DNA of 64,000 nt from Bacteriovoracia bacterium (GCA_050246755.1 JBFWVL010000001.1:608001-672000); one strand, 5' to 3'; shown: positions 48,284 to 56,866, counted from the stretch's first letter. Program-made: numbers and translations. Notes: generated from the letters alone by a model not told the origin.

Positions 48284-50299
48284 CTAAGGAACGATCGCGC
48301 AGTTCTTGAAAGCCCAAGGCCCCTTCTTCGGCGAACCCGGCGAAACGAGCTTGTTCAGGAAATCGACCGCGAGCTGCGCGGACCATCGGCCCTGGAACTG
48401 CTCGTAGTAGGGAAGCATCGCGGTGGCGGGAATCACCATCTCCGGCGAAAGTAGCGCGGCGGCCCCTACCTTCACCGTCATCTGCTTTTCGCCCTTCGCT
48501 TTCTGTACCATGATGCTGGTAATCTGCTGCTTGGCCGGCTTGCCGAGCTTATAGAAATCGCAGCTGATCTTGGCGTCGCGCAGCTGAATTTCCTGAGCCC
48601 AAGTGATCGCGGCGATATCGAGCTTGAAATTCACGTCCACCGGAAACTTCTGCAACGCTTCATCGTCGGAACCCGAGAAGCCTTGGAGCTTCAGCGTCAC
48701 GTTCAGCGTGCCCTCGCTCGATTTCGCGAGCTTTCCGGCGCGCACGAGGAGCTGAAGAGCGAGCGGAGCAGTGCTGAGGGCAGGCACGGTGAGATCACGG
48801 ATCTCCGCCGGCGAGGCGAGATTAAATACTCTTCCATCGGCAAGCTGCACGTATACCTCGGAGCCGGGAACGGTCTTCGAAGACCAGTCCAGCGCCACTT
48901 CGAAGCGCTGGGTGCCGCGGGGGCCTAGGTCCTGCCTGCCCGAGTTCTTCAGCGTGAAGCTCAGCTGCTGGGCCACCGAAAAATTCCCGCTCACCTTTTT
49001 TACGCTACCAGAGAGCGCGATCGGCCAACCGATGACTAAGCCGGATTCGAGCTCACCGCCGATGCGGATATTATTGATTCCGATTTGCAACCCCACGGCG
49101 GCGTTATCGCCGATCAGGGAATTACGGTTCGGAACCTGCATCATGAGCTGGCCCTTGCGGAAACGGAGCACATCGCTCTGGGTGCCGGCGGCAATCACCG
49201 GGAAGGAAGTCACCATTGGCCCAGGGGCAACAAGTGTGGAACTCGGAAACATCGAAACCTGAATAGTCTGCGCCGCGGGCGAAGGCATCGGGCCTGTATT
49301 TTTCAATTGCACGGCCACGAGGTGCGCCCGTTCGCCCGGCTCGAGGATTCCATCCTCATCGTCGTCGATGAAACTGGCGGAGGCCACTTCGAGGCGGAAG
49401 GGGGCGTCGAAGCTCTGGGTAGTGCCGTCCGCCGAAACTAATTGAAAGCTGCGGGTACCGGTGCGGCCATCGCTGCCGCCGTAACCACTCGAACCGCTAC
49501 GGCCATTGCTGCCGCTGCGGCCGTCACTGCCATTACGACCGTCGCTGCCATTCCAGCCGGAGGAACCATCGGCGCCGCCAATAAATTCGCCTTTATCATT
49601 CTTGCAGGTATTTCTTCCGCCCGATCCGCCGCGGCCACCCGATCCGCCTCGACCACCGTAGCCACCTCGGCCGCCCGAGCCACCGTAGCCACCCGAACCG
49701 CCGGCCCCTCCTTCACCCCGGCGCACGTCCACTTGCACGAGCAGCATCAGCTCACTCTGGTCGGGAGCCGTCGAGACTACCACGGAGCCGCCGCTTCCGC
49801 CGTTCCCGCCATTTCCACCGTCGCCGCCGTCTTCGCCGTCCGTTCCGTTGGTGCCGTCACTGCCGTCGGTTCCGTTCGATCCGTTTCCGCCGCTGCCGGG
49901 AGGACAACCATCGGAACCGTTCGATCCGTCGGAACCATCGCGGCCGCTCCATCCGTCCGAGCCATTGCGCCCATCGCTGCCATTGGAACCCGAAGATCCG
50001 TTGGCGCCGTCGCCACCGCGCGCACGTGCCACGATGCCGCGCAAATCCTTGAGCGCAATTTGCTGCGAGATCTCGGTCGTCTTGCCGCCTCGCGTGCGGG
50101 TGCCGGTAAGGGAAACCACCGTCTTCGCGGCGTCGGCGTAAGCGAGGTGAAGAACAATACTGCCGCCCTTGGTGCCGTCATAGCCGCTGTAAGATCCGTC
50201 CGAGCCAGAGGCGTCGATAACAATGGTGTCACTGTCGGCGTGGGCAGAGGCGGCGAGCAGGCTCGCGAAGAGTACGAAAGCACCGAATACTTTTTTCAT
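48284..50299 (-). CDS. Secreted protein with Gly-X-X repeat region and C-terminal beta-rich (Ig-like) domains
   Basis: GGAG RBS; signal peptide ending AHA; long GSNGSDGRNGSDG/GGxGGx runs; DDDEDGILEPGE. Confidence 0.88.
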   Translation of the reverse strand: MKKVFGAFVLFASLLAASAHADSDTIVIDASGSDGSYSGYDGTKGGSIVLHLAYADAAKTVVSLTGTRTRGGKTTEISQQIALKDLRGIVARARGGDGANGSSGSNGSDGRNGSDGWSGRDGSDGSNGSDGCPPGSGGNGSNGTDGSDGTNGTDGEDGGDGGNGGNGGSGGSVVVSTAPDQSELMLLVQVDVRRGEGGAGGSGGYGGSGGRGGYGGRGGSGGRGGSGGRNTCKNDKGEFIGGADGSSGWNGSDGRNGSDGRSGSNGRSGSSGYGGSDGRTGTRSFQLVSADGTTQSFDAPFRLEVASASFIDDDEDGILEPGERAHLVAVQLKNTGPMPSPAAQTIQVSMFPSSTLVAPGPMVTSFPVIAAGTQSDVLRFRKGQLMMQVPNRNSLIGDNAAVGLQIGINNIRIGGELESGLVIGWPIALSGSVKKVSGNFSVAQQLSFTLKNSGRQDLGPRGTQRFEVALDWSSKTVPGSEVYVQLADGRVFNLASPAEIRDLTVPALSTAPLALQLLVRAGKLAKSSEGTLNVTLKLQGFSGSDDEALQKFPVDVNFKLDIAAITWAQEIQLRDAKISCDFYKLGKPAKQQITSIMVQKAKGEKQMTVKVGAAALLSPEMVIPATAMLPYYEQFQGRWSAQLAVDFLNKLVSPGSPKKGPWAFKNCAIVP
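48285..48348. repeat. Right copy of the direct repeat: last ~21 codons of the Gly-rich gene
   Basis: Aligns with 16035-16091; similarity ends at the stop codon (TAG here, TAA in the left copy). Confidence 0.95.
49455..50025 (-). repeat. Two blocks of Gly-X-X triplet repeats
   Basis: 9-bp periodicity in the DNA (ccgtcgctg/ccattgctg variants); Gly at every third residue. Confidence 0.9.
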
Positions 50300-50433
50300 A
50301 GGATCTCCAAAGTTCAGGGCCATTACGGCTCCGCTTTTATTCCCGTTCCTCGCTTTTCACCAAGGAGAAAAAGCGCGTAGTGCCTGAAAACTTAATTTAC
50401 AGGCGAATTTCACCGTGAAGGGGAATGCGATAG

Positions 50434-50450
50434 AGCAAGTTCGGGGCCAA
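50434..50450 (-). promoter_or_regulatory. Sigma-54 (-24/-12) promoter for the Gly-rich gene
   Basis: Minus strand TTGGCCCCGAACTTGCT has exact GG-N10-GC spacing with TGGC and TTGCT. Confidence 0.65.
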
Positions 50451-50564
50451 CGTAAAATTCAAAATTTAGAGCTGTGCACAATAGGAAATTTGTTTGCTTC
50501 AGCGATCTTTATCTTTTAGTTTCCCGGCGAACCGTTGGCCTTTTTCTACGAGATAGGAACTTTT

Positions 50565-51593
50565 ATGCGAATGATCTCTCTTACGATTCTTGGTTTCTCC
50601 CTCCTCGCTTCGGCCGCATACGCCGAACCTTCCACCCTCGCCGTGAGCATCGGTTCGAGCGCTCCGAAGGAATCTGCCTTCAAGCTCAAAGCCGGCCCTA
50701 GCCGCAACGAAGGCGGAGAACATCTGGTGCTGCGCCTCAGCTCGGTGAAGACGGTTACCGGAATCAAAATTTCTGGTTTCTCGGCAGGCCGCAAAGGCAA
50801 GACGGTGATCCGCAATGCGGTGGCCTTCAACGGCACCACGCAGACCGTGCTCGAGGGACTCACCAAGTTCGCGAAAGTAACGGCGGGTAATCCCACCAAC
50901 TACAAAAACTTAGTGCAGGTAGCGGACGGCCAGTTCGTGGAAGTGGCTCCGAACGCCGCGATGGGAAAACTTGACCTCACCGTGGAAGGCATGACCTCCT
51001 CCGACTCTTCCCTCCTCCTCGAAGTAACCTTCGCCGACTCGGTAACCGCCGATCACTTCCTGCTCACCCGCTCGGGCGACAAGGAAACGGCCGGCAATTA
51101 CCTGAACGAATCCAGCTACGCTAAGTTCACGGCCGCCCAGCTCGCCACCGTGATGAAAGTAGCCGCCGAACCCACCGCCGCAGAACTGGCCGGGAATACC
51201 TTCCTCTGCACCAGCTACTCGAAGCTCGATCCCATTCGCCTGGATTTCAAAACCCGCACCTACTACAGCGGCCCCGCCGGCGAGCTCCTCTCCAAGAGCG
51301 ACGCCGAAGGCCTCGATGATCGCTGGAACCACGCCGAGGACGGCCTCACGAAAGTGATCGAAAAGAAAAATGGCTGCGGCACTTTCAATACGCTGCACGT
51401 AGTTCGTCGCACCGGCGAAGGAAACCTCATCGCCGAAGTGGTGCTCGACCTCGATAACTACATCGATCTCTGCACCAAAGCCGGATACGATACTTCCGCC
51501 ACGCGGGAACTTCAGATGTACTCTAACTTTGCCTCAGTGCTGAATGCGAAATACGTGGCTGGTAATTACGAGTTCTGCAAGCCGAAGCAGTAG
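50565..51593 (+). CDS. Secreted hypothetical protein (beta-rich N-domain, four Cys in the C-domain)
   Basis: AGGA RBS; signal peptide ending AYA; followed by a terminator. Confidence 0.82.
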   Translation: MRMISLTILGFSLLASAAYAEPSTLAVSIGSSAPKESAFKLKAGPSRNEGGEHLVLRLSSVKTVTGIKISGFSAGRKGKTVIRNAVAFNGTTQTVLEGLTKFAKVTAGNPTNYKNLVQVADGQFVEVAPNAAMGKLDLTVEGMTSSDSSLLLEVTFADSVTADHFLLTRSGDKETAGNYLNESSYAKFTAAQLATVMKVAAEPTAAELAGNTFLCTSYSKLDPIRLDFKTRTYYSGPAGELLSKSDAEGLDDRWNHAEDGLTKVIEKKNGCGTFNTLHVVRRTGEGNLIAEVVLDLDNYIDLCTKAGYDTSATRELQMYSNFASVLNAKYVAGNYEFCKPKQ

Positions 51594-51615
51594 ACCTGAT
51601 TTTTCCGAAAATGAG

Positions 51616-51650
51616 AAAGCCTTCCAGCGCGAGCTAGAAGGCTTTTTATT
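51616..51650. terminator. Rho-independent terminator, probably bidirectional
   Basis: aaagccttccagc-gcga-gctagaaggcttt followed by a T-rich tail. Confidence 0.85.
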
Positions 51651-51678
51651 TGGTTGGGGGCGGATGATGCTCGAACTT
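51651..51678 (-). repeat. Degenerate copy of the tRNA-Gln 3' end (att-like scar)
   Basis: tggttgggg...tcgaac compared with tRNA tggttgggg...ttcgaac at 52598; only 9 bp are exact. Confidence 0.4.
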
Positions 51679-51696
51679 TCGTTCAGCGTGGATGCC

Positions 51697-51957
51697 TTAG
51701 TTACAGCGCAGGTGGCTTGGAACAGGATACATGCAAGCGCTTGCATCTTCATCGTAGGGGCCAGGCAGGCAGGCCGCTATAATACAGAAGCCACCGTCGC
51801 TACTTCGAGCCGGGCCTGGATCGGCAGATATACACTCATAGGCGTGAGGATGTTTAGCGCAGTAACGCGCATTGGGATTCTGAGACTTCGATGAAGCTGT
51901 TGCTTGGGCTACCCCTGCAAATCCGAATACCAATAAACAATAAAATAACTTCGCCAT
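51697..51957 (-). CDS. Small secreted Cys-rich protein (86 aa)
   Basis: GAGG RBS; signal peptide ending AQA; six Cys in the mature part. Confidence 0.7.
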   Translation of the reverse strand: MAKLFYCLLVFGFAGVAQATASSKSQNPNARYCAKHPHAYECISADPGPARSSDGGFCIIAACLPGPYDEDASACMYPVPSHLRCN

Positions 51958-52132
51958 AGAAGCCTCGTGGTGGTTTTAAAACATACCTAATCCGAACGGT
52001 TTAAGCGCAGAGATATATCGCTACGCGTCAAGACGGTCAATAGTAAACTTCACCAAGGTCTTTACGTTGCTGGCAGATCAATGCCTTCGTTTCAACAAGA
52101 TCCTCTGCCCTAAGAAACCACCAAAAATAGCG

Positions 52133-52402
52133 TCATTGGGACAGCATGAGTGCCGCCGAACCATGAGCCACACACCCCCAAAAGAAACCCATTATGAAGA
52201 GCTGGACAATCGAAAAGGGAGTCAAAAATCTTATCCATTGCTTGAGAAAAGCCAACAGCGTGAATAAGACTCCGCCCAGTAGTCCCGAAAGCGGAATGAG
52301 GATCTGCAAGTACGAGAGCGTTGGCCCGACAGAAGTGCACGCTAGGAGCACTCCCAACAAAATCCCCAATACCGCAAGAATCGCAAAATGAAAGGGCTTC
52401 AA
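52133..52402 (-). CDS. Small hydrophobic membrane protein, possibly decayed
   Basis: Three hydrophobic segments; weak TTG start; competing frames. Confidence 0.4.
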   Translation of the reverse strand: MKPFHFAILAVLGILLGVLLACTSVGPTLSYLQILIPLSGLLGGVLFTLLAFLKQWIRFLTPFSIVQLFIMGFFWGCVAHGSAALMLSQ

Positions 52403-52556
52403 TATTACTCATCTTTTAGTGGGCCTACATAGTAAAAGCAAATCAGATCTTAGATTCTAAACAGAATGTACTTAGTAATTCCCTGGCTTTTGGAACAGGC
52501 CTGTATTCCAAATACAGACTGAATCCAGCAAACGGTTAGCCGTCTTCAGTATTCCG

Positions 52557-52592
52557 AAAAAAAAGCTTTCGAACGGAGGTTCGAAAGCTTTT
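52557..52592 (-). terminator. Rho-independent terminator after tRNA-Gln
   Basis: Perfect 14-bp stem aaaagctttcgaac-ggag-gttcgaaagctttt with an A8 tract on the + strand. Confidence 0.9.
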
Positions 52593-52597
52593 AAAAA

Positions 52598-52672
52598 TGG
52601 TTGGGGTGCTAGGATTCGAACCTAGGAATGACGGAATCAAAATCCGTTAACTTACCACTTGTCGACACCCCA
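52598..52672 (-). tRNA. trnQ: tRNA-Gln (anticodon UUG)
   Basis: TGGGGTG/CACCCCA acceptor stem, ACGGA-TTTTGAT-TCCGT anticodon arm, GGTTCGAATCC T-arm, encoded CCA; 75 nt. Confidence 0.97.
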
Positions 52673-52685
52673 ACTCTGCAGATTG

Positions 52686-52713
52686 GTTATGCCATAACCT
52701 CGCTTAGATGCAA
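52686..52713 (-). promoter_or_regulatory. Candidate sigma-70 promoter of the tRNA
   Basis: TTGCAT-N16-CATAAC with an extended -10 TG. Confidence 0.45.
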
Positions 52714-52768
52714 TAGTTCCGGTCAGGTACACGGGATTTCTGCTCTGAGTCATTTCGGGTTTTTCGCG

Positions 52769-53281
52769 TCAATCCCAGCTAATGGTACCGCTGGTGCCAC
52801 CACTCGACTGTTTCTTCAGCCAAGCGTGCACCCGATGGGTGCGGCCCTCGAAGTACGTGTCTTCGGTGAACTCGAGGTCGTTGCCCACCTTCGTCCACGT
52901 CACGATCACTTTCCTCGCGGGGTACGGGAAGCGATTATCCAGGTAAGGATCATTGAGCTCGAAGCTAACGGAGCCTCTTTCGCTCGCGCGGCCCACCACG
53001 CGGTTGTCTTTCCAGAGCTGATCACCGTGTACGTCGAAGGAGACCGCATCCCAGGTGGTTACCACTTGGGCGCAGTTGCTCTCGATTTTGTGCACGGTCA
53101 CGGTTTCTTCGTTATGGGTGAGATTCAGCTCTACGCTGCAGGAAGAATGACCATAGAGAGTGTCGGAAACGGTAGCGGTGCCGCGCCAGCTTCCGCTGTC
53201 GGGGGCGAGGTCGCAACCGGTGAGGCCGAGGACGAACGATCCGGGGATGAGGGCGATGAGGAATTTCTTGTAGGTTTTCAT
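52769..53281 (-). CDS. Hypothetical lipoprotein
   Basis: AAGGAG RBS; lipobox LTGC; beta-rich. Confidence 0.82.
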   Translation of the reverse strand: MKTYKKFLIALIPGSFVLGLTGCDLAPDSGSWRGTATVSDTLYGHSSCSVELNLTHNEETVTVHKIESNCAQVVTTWDAVSFDVHGDQLWKDNRVVGRASERGSVSFELNDPYLDNRFPYPARKVIVTWTKVGNDLEFTEDTYFEGRTHRVHAWLKKQSSGGTSGTISWD

Positions 53282-53455
53282 GCAGGCTCCTTCTTTTTCG
53301 TAGATTCGGCCAGAGGCGGAATTTTTGACACAGAAGAGCGGGCTTTCGAGGGTGAGGTGGCTCTTTGGCCGCACGTACCGTGCGGGATCTTGTTTGGCGA
53401 TTGCGGGCGCGGATGCTATTTTTAGAGGGAATATTCGACTTTAAGGGAGACCTCC

Positions 53456-56400
53456 ATGGCCGCCAATCGTTTCGTGAAATTCACGTTTTTCCTTTTCACC
53501 TTCACGGCGTTTTTGCTCACCGGATGCGGAAGCTCAAACGAGAATAATTCGTTGGGCCAAGCCCAGGCGGAAAGCTGCACGCTTTCCCGCGCCGCGAATG
53601 GAGTGACGGACCCCAGCCGATGCGTGACGGACCAGTTCCAGCAGCCCACGCCACCCGCCACGAAAAAAGTGGATGTGCTCTTCGTGATGGATAATTCGGA
53701 AAGCATGAACCGCCACTGGCAACTGATGGCGCAAAAAATCGATCGCCTCATCCGCGAATTGCCGGCCGGCCAGGATATCCGCTTCGCCGTGATCATGGGC
53801 ACGATCCAGAAAAATACCGGCGTGCTTTTCTCGGCGCCCTCGGTGCCCAAAGTTTTGGACGGCACCAAGATGAGCTCGGCCCAGATTTCGGCTGCCCTCT
53901 CGAAAACCTTCGCCGAAGCACTCAAAGATAAAAACGTGGACTGGATCGGTGCGGGCGAAGCACTGATGTATAGCACCTACTACGCGGCCACCACGCACGC
54001 CAAAGAGATTCAGGCCCAAGGATTTTTCCGGGCCGATGCGGCCCTCGACGTGATTTTCATGAGCGACGATGCCGACGAAAGTTTCCCCTATCCCAGCAAG
54101 CAATTCTGGGATCTTCCGCCGAAATGCAACTGGTCGCACCACGAGAAGATGAGAAGGAGCTACCACCTCCCGCGCGGGATCAACGTGGATTCCACCTTCG
54201 CGGCCCTGCACAGCCTCAAGGGTGATCAGCCGGTGATCGCGAACGCCTTCGTGAACATCACCCGCGCCGATATCTTGGTAGACAATAAGCTTTCGGACAA
54301 ATGCATCTTCGATTCCCCCGGCCTCGGCTATTTCCAGATGGTGCAAAAAACGAACGGGGTGCTCTACAGCATCCACGGTGATAAAGGTGCCGGCCTCTCC
54401 CTTTGTGGTAAGGCGCTTAATACTCGCCTGGCCTTGATCCACGATTTCACTCTTTCCAAACCTTCGGATCTGGTGGACCCCGCTTCCATCGAAGCCAGCG
54501 TGGACGGCGAGAAGGTGGCCCATACCTACAACGCCGCCTCCAACGTGGTTCACCTGGAAAATTCCGGCCGCGCCGGCAGCACCGTGGCGATCCATCACTG
54601 CGAACCCGCGCCGCAGAACGAGTGGGCAATCAGCGCTTTCACGGGCAGCGCGGCCCAAACCACCGCGGCCCTGAGTTGGGAAACCGGGGAAACCGAGTCC
54701 AACAGCAAAGTGCTCTACGGAACGGATCCGAACGCGCTGAACGATTCCGTGAGCGATGCCTCGATGAGCCGGTCCCATGCTCTGCAGGTTTCCGGCCTTA
54801 GCCCAAACACCGTTTACTATTTCCAAGCCGTTTCAAAAGATAAAGATGGGCTCGAAAGAACTAGTGACGTGATTTCTCTGCGCACGAAACCCGACTGGGC
54901 CATCTCCCAGGTTTCAGCCCAAGCCTCGAGAAATACCGCCAGCGTCTCGTGGAATACCGCCGCGTATCCCACCTTCGGCCGCATCGTGTGGGGAACCTCG
55001 GCAAATCAGTTGGTAAATGCCAGCGCCGAAACTGCGCAGACGAACGCGCATACTGTGATGGTTGCGGATCTTTCTCCGAATACCGTTTACTACTTCCAGG
55101 CGATTTCCCGGGATGAATTCGGCCTCGAGAAGAGAAGCGCCGTGGTGAGCGCACGCACGGTAACCGATTGGTCAATCGTGGGCTTCGGCGGCAGTGCTTC
55201 GCGCACCGGCGCCACGCTCAGCTGGCAAACTCCCGAGTACGCTACTTCCGGCGTTGTGAAATATGGGCTTTCTGCGAATGCGCTCACGAACTCAGTGAAT
55301 GCCGAAGGCGAATCCACTTCTCACAGCGTTTCGCTAGCGAACCTGAATTCCGGCACTACTTACTACTTCCAGGCCTTCGCCGCCGACGATCTCGGCGCGG
55401 AGAAGAAGAGCGCGATCATTTCGCTCACCACCGTGGCCGACTGGGCGCTGGGAGACCTGACCCTAGGAGTTACGGAGAAGAGCTTCACCGCCAGCTTCTC
55501 CACGCCCGGCTATCCCACCACTGCCCGCATTCTCTGGGGCAGCTCGCCTTCGCTTGGTAACGAGGCCGACGCCGGCGACGGAATCGATCATCTCGCCACG
55601 GTAGAGGGCCTCAATCCCGATACCGATTACTATGTGCAAGCGGTAGCCAAGGATAACCTGGGCGTGGAACGCCAAGGCCTCGTGAAGGTGGTGCACACCA
55701 ATCCGATTCCTCTTCCCCAATGGTCCATCACGGATATCGCGGGAACGGCCACGGTGAATTCCGTTTCGCTTTCGTGGAATACAAGCGAGTACGCCACGAT
55801 CGGTACCGTGCGCTTTGGAAAATCTCCTGATGCCCTCTCGGGGTCGGTGGCCGAATGCGGATCGGGCATCACGCACTCCGTTACCGCGGCGGGCCTCGAT
55901 CCGGATACCACCTACTACTTCCAGATCGTAGCCCGCGATGATCGCGGCCAGGAGCAAACCAGCACCACGATCGCGATCCGCACCCAGACCCTCCCGCTGC
56001 CGAACTGGGAGATCACGGATTTCAATGGAACTCCCAGCATCCACTCCGTGAGTCTCCTCTGGAACACGAGTGCCTATGCCACCAAGGGTAAAGTGCGCTG
56101 GGGCCTGAGCCGCTCCGCACTTGATCAAGAAACCGCCGCGGAAACCAATGCCGCTACGGTTCACGGCACCCAGGTTACCGGCCTCAACGCAAATACCACG
56201 TACTATTTCCAAGTAGTGGCTTCCGACGATCGCGGCCAGGAAAAATCGAGTGAGGTGATCAGCGTAAGAACCGCCGTCGGTGTTCCGAATTGGAAAATCA
56301 CGGGCTTCGATGCCTCTACCAACGCGAATTCCGCCACCGTTATCTGGCAGACCGACGTTCCCACGAAAAGCACCCTGAGCGTGGGACTAAGCGAGACCGA

Positions 56401-56866
56401 TCTCACCTTCAAAACGATCGAGCTAAACGCCTTCAACGAATCCCACCTGGTGACCGTTACCGGGCTGAGCCCGAATACGCGCTACTACTTCCGCGTATTG
56501 GCCACCGACGGGGACGGAGGATCCGTAACGAGCACGGTGCTCACGAAAACGACGAAGCCGGCGGGCAAATCGAAGTTGACCGAGCCCAGCTGGAAGATCA
56601 CGGGATTCGACGGATCCACTAACTCCAATAGCGCCACGCTCATCTGGCAAACGGACGACGTGCCCACCAAGGCCGTAGTGCGGGTGGGACTGACGCCCAC
56701 GAATCTCACTTACCGTGAAGTGGACGTTCCGGATTTCGATCCCGTCCACCTCGTGACGGTTTCGAATCTTCCACCGCGCACGAAGTTCTACTTCCGGGTT
56801 TGGGCCACGGACCAAAACGGTCTTGAGTCCACCAGCACGGTGCTCTCGAAAACCACTAAGCCCTAA
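53456..56866 (+). CDS. Lipoprotein with vWA domain and eight FN3-like repeats
   Basis: Lipobox LTGC; MIDAS DNSES; IFMSDD; eight W..SW.T..H..L.P.T.YYF units. Confidence 0.92.
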   Translation: MAANRFVKFTFFLFTFTAFLLTGCGSSNENNSLGQAQAESCTLSRAANGVTDPSRCVTDQFQQPTPPATKKVDVLFVMDNSESMNRHWQLMAQKIDRLIRELPAGQDIRFAVIMGTIQKNTGVLFSAPSVPKVLDGTKMSSAQISAALSKTFAEALKDKNVDWIGAGEALMYSTYYAATTHAKEIQAQGFFRADAALDVIFMSDDADESFPYPSKQFWDLPPKCNWSHHEKMRRSYHLPRGINVDSTFAALHSLKGDQPVIANAFVNITRADILVDNKLSDKCIFDSPGLGYFQMVQKTNGVLYSIHGDKGAGLSLCGKALNTRLALIHDFTLSKPSDLVDPASIEASVDGEKVAHTYNAASNVVHLENSGRAGSTVAIHHCEPAPQNEWAISAFTGSAAQTTAALSWETGETESNSKVLYGTDPNALNDSVSDASMSRSHALQVSGLSPNTVYYFQAVSKDKDGLERTSDVISLRTKPDWAISQVSAQASRNTASVSWNTAAYPTFGRIVWGTSANQLVNASAETAQTNAHTVMVADLSPNTVYYFQAISRDEFGLEKRSAVVSARTVTDWSIVGFGGSASRTGATLSWQTPEYATSGVVKYGLSANALTNSVNAEGESTSHSVSLANLNSGTTYYFQAFAADDLGAEKKSAIISLTTVADWALGDLTLGVTEKSFTASFSTPGYPTTARILWGSSPSLGNEADAGDGIDHLATVEGLNPDTDYYVQAVAKDNLGVERQGLVKVVHTNPIPLPQWSITDIAGTATVNSVSLSWNTSEYATIGTVRFGKSPDALSGSVAECGSGITHSVTAAGLDPDTTYYFQIVARDDRGQEQTSTTIAIRTQTLPLPNWEITDFNGTPSIHSVSLLWNTSAYATKGKVRWGLSRSALDQETAAETNAATVHGTQVTGLNANTTYYFQVVASDDRGQEKSSEVISVRTAVGVPNWKITGFDASTNANSATVIWQTDVPTKSTLSVGLSETDLTFKTIELNAFNESHLVTVTGLSPNTRYYFRVLATDGDGGSVTSTVLTKTTKPAGKSKLTEPSWKITGFDGSTNSNSATLIWQTDDVPTKAVVRVGLTPTNLTYREVDVPDFDPVHLVTVSNLPPRTKFYFRVWATDQNGLESTSTVLSKTTKP
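54623..56863 (+). repeat. Eight tandem ~90-100-aa fibronectin type III-like repeats
   Basis: Counted in the translation; units 7 and 8 are also similar at the DNA level. Confidence 0.9.

Larger units (their letters stand above)
16035..48348. mobile_element. Putative ~32-kb island/cassette (regulators + surface polysaccharide locus) bounded by direct repeats; no integrase inside
   Basis: Flanking direct repeats in the geometry of insertion at a gene 3' end; functionally coherent cargo. Mobility is inferred. Confidence 0.5.

Noticed and set aside
49455-50025. Short periodic DNA repeats resembling a CRISPR or satellite array
   Set aside because: The periodicity is explained by Gly-X-X coding; there are no constant repeats with unique spacers and no cas genes.
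49442-50380. 312-aa Ala/Thr/Val-rich plus-strand ORF
   Set aside because: Antisense shadow of the Gly-rich gene.
52078-52412. Possible frameshifted single membrane gene spanning three frames
   Set aside because: It cannot be distinguished from chance hydrophobic frames in AT-rich DNA without homologs.
52598-52672. A73 discriminator and G-U pair in the tRNA-Gln D-stem as signs of an unusual tRNA
   Set aside because: The cloverleaf, U1-A72 pair and anticodon are normal; there is no evidence for recoding.
52628-53425. 265-aa plus-strand ORF
   Set aside because: It starts inside the tRNA and is antisense to a lipoprotein with a good RBS and lipobox.
53534-54826. 430-aa minus-strand ORF
   Set aside because: Antisense to the vWA lipoprotein; expected from GC-rich codon bias.
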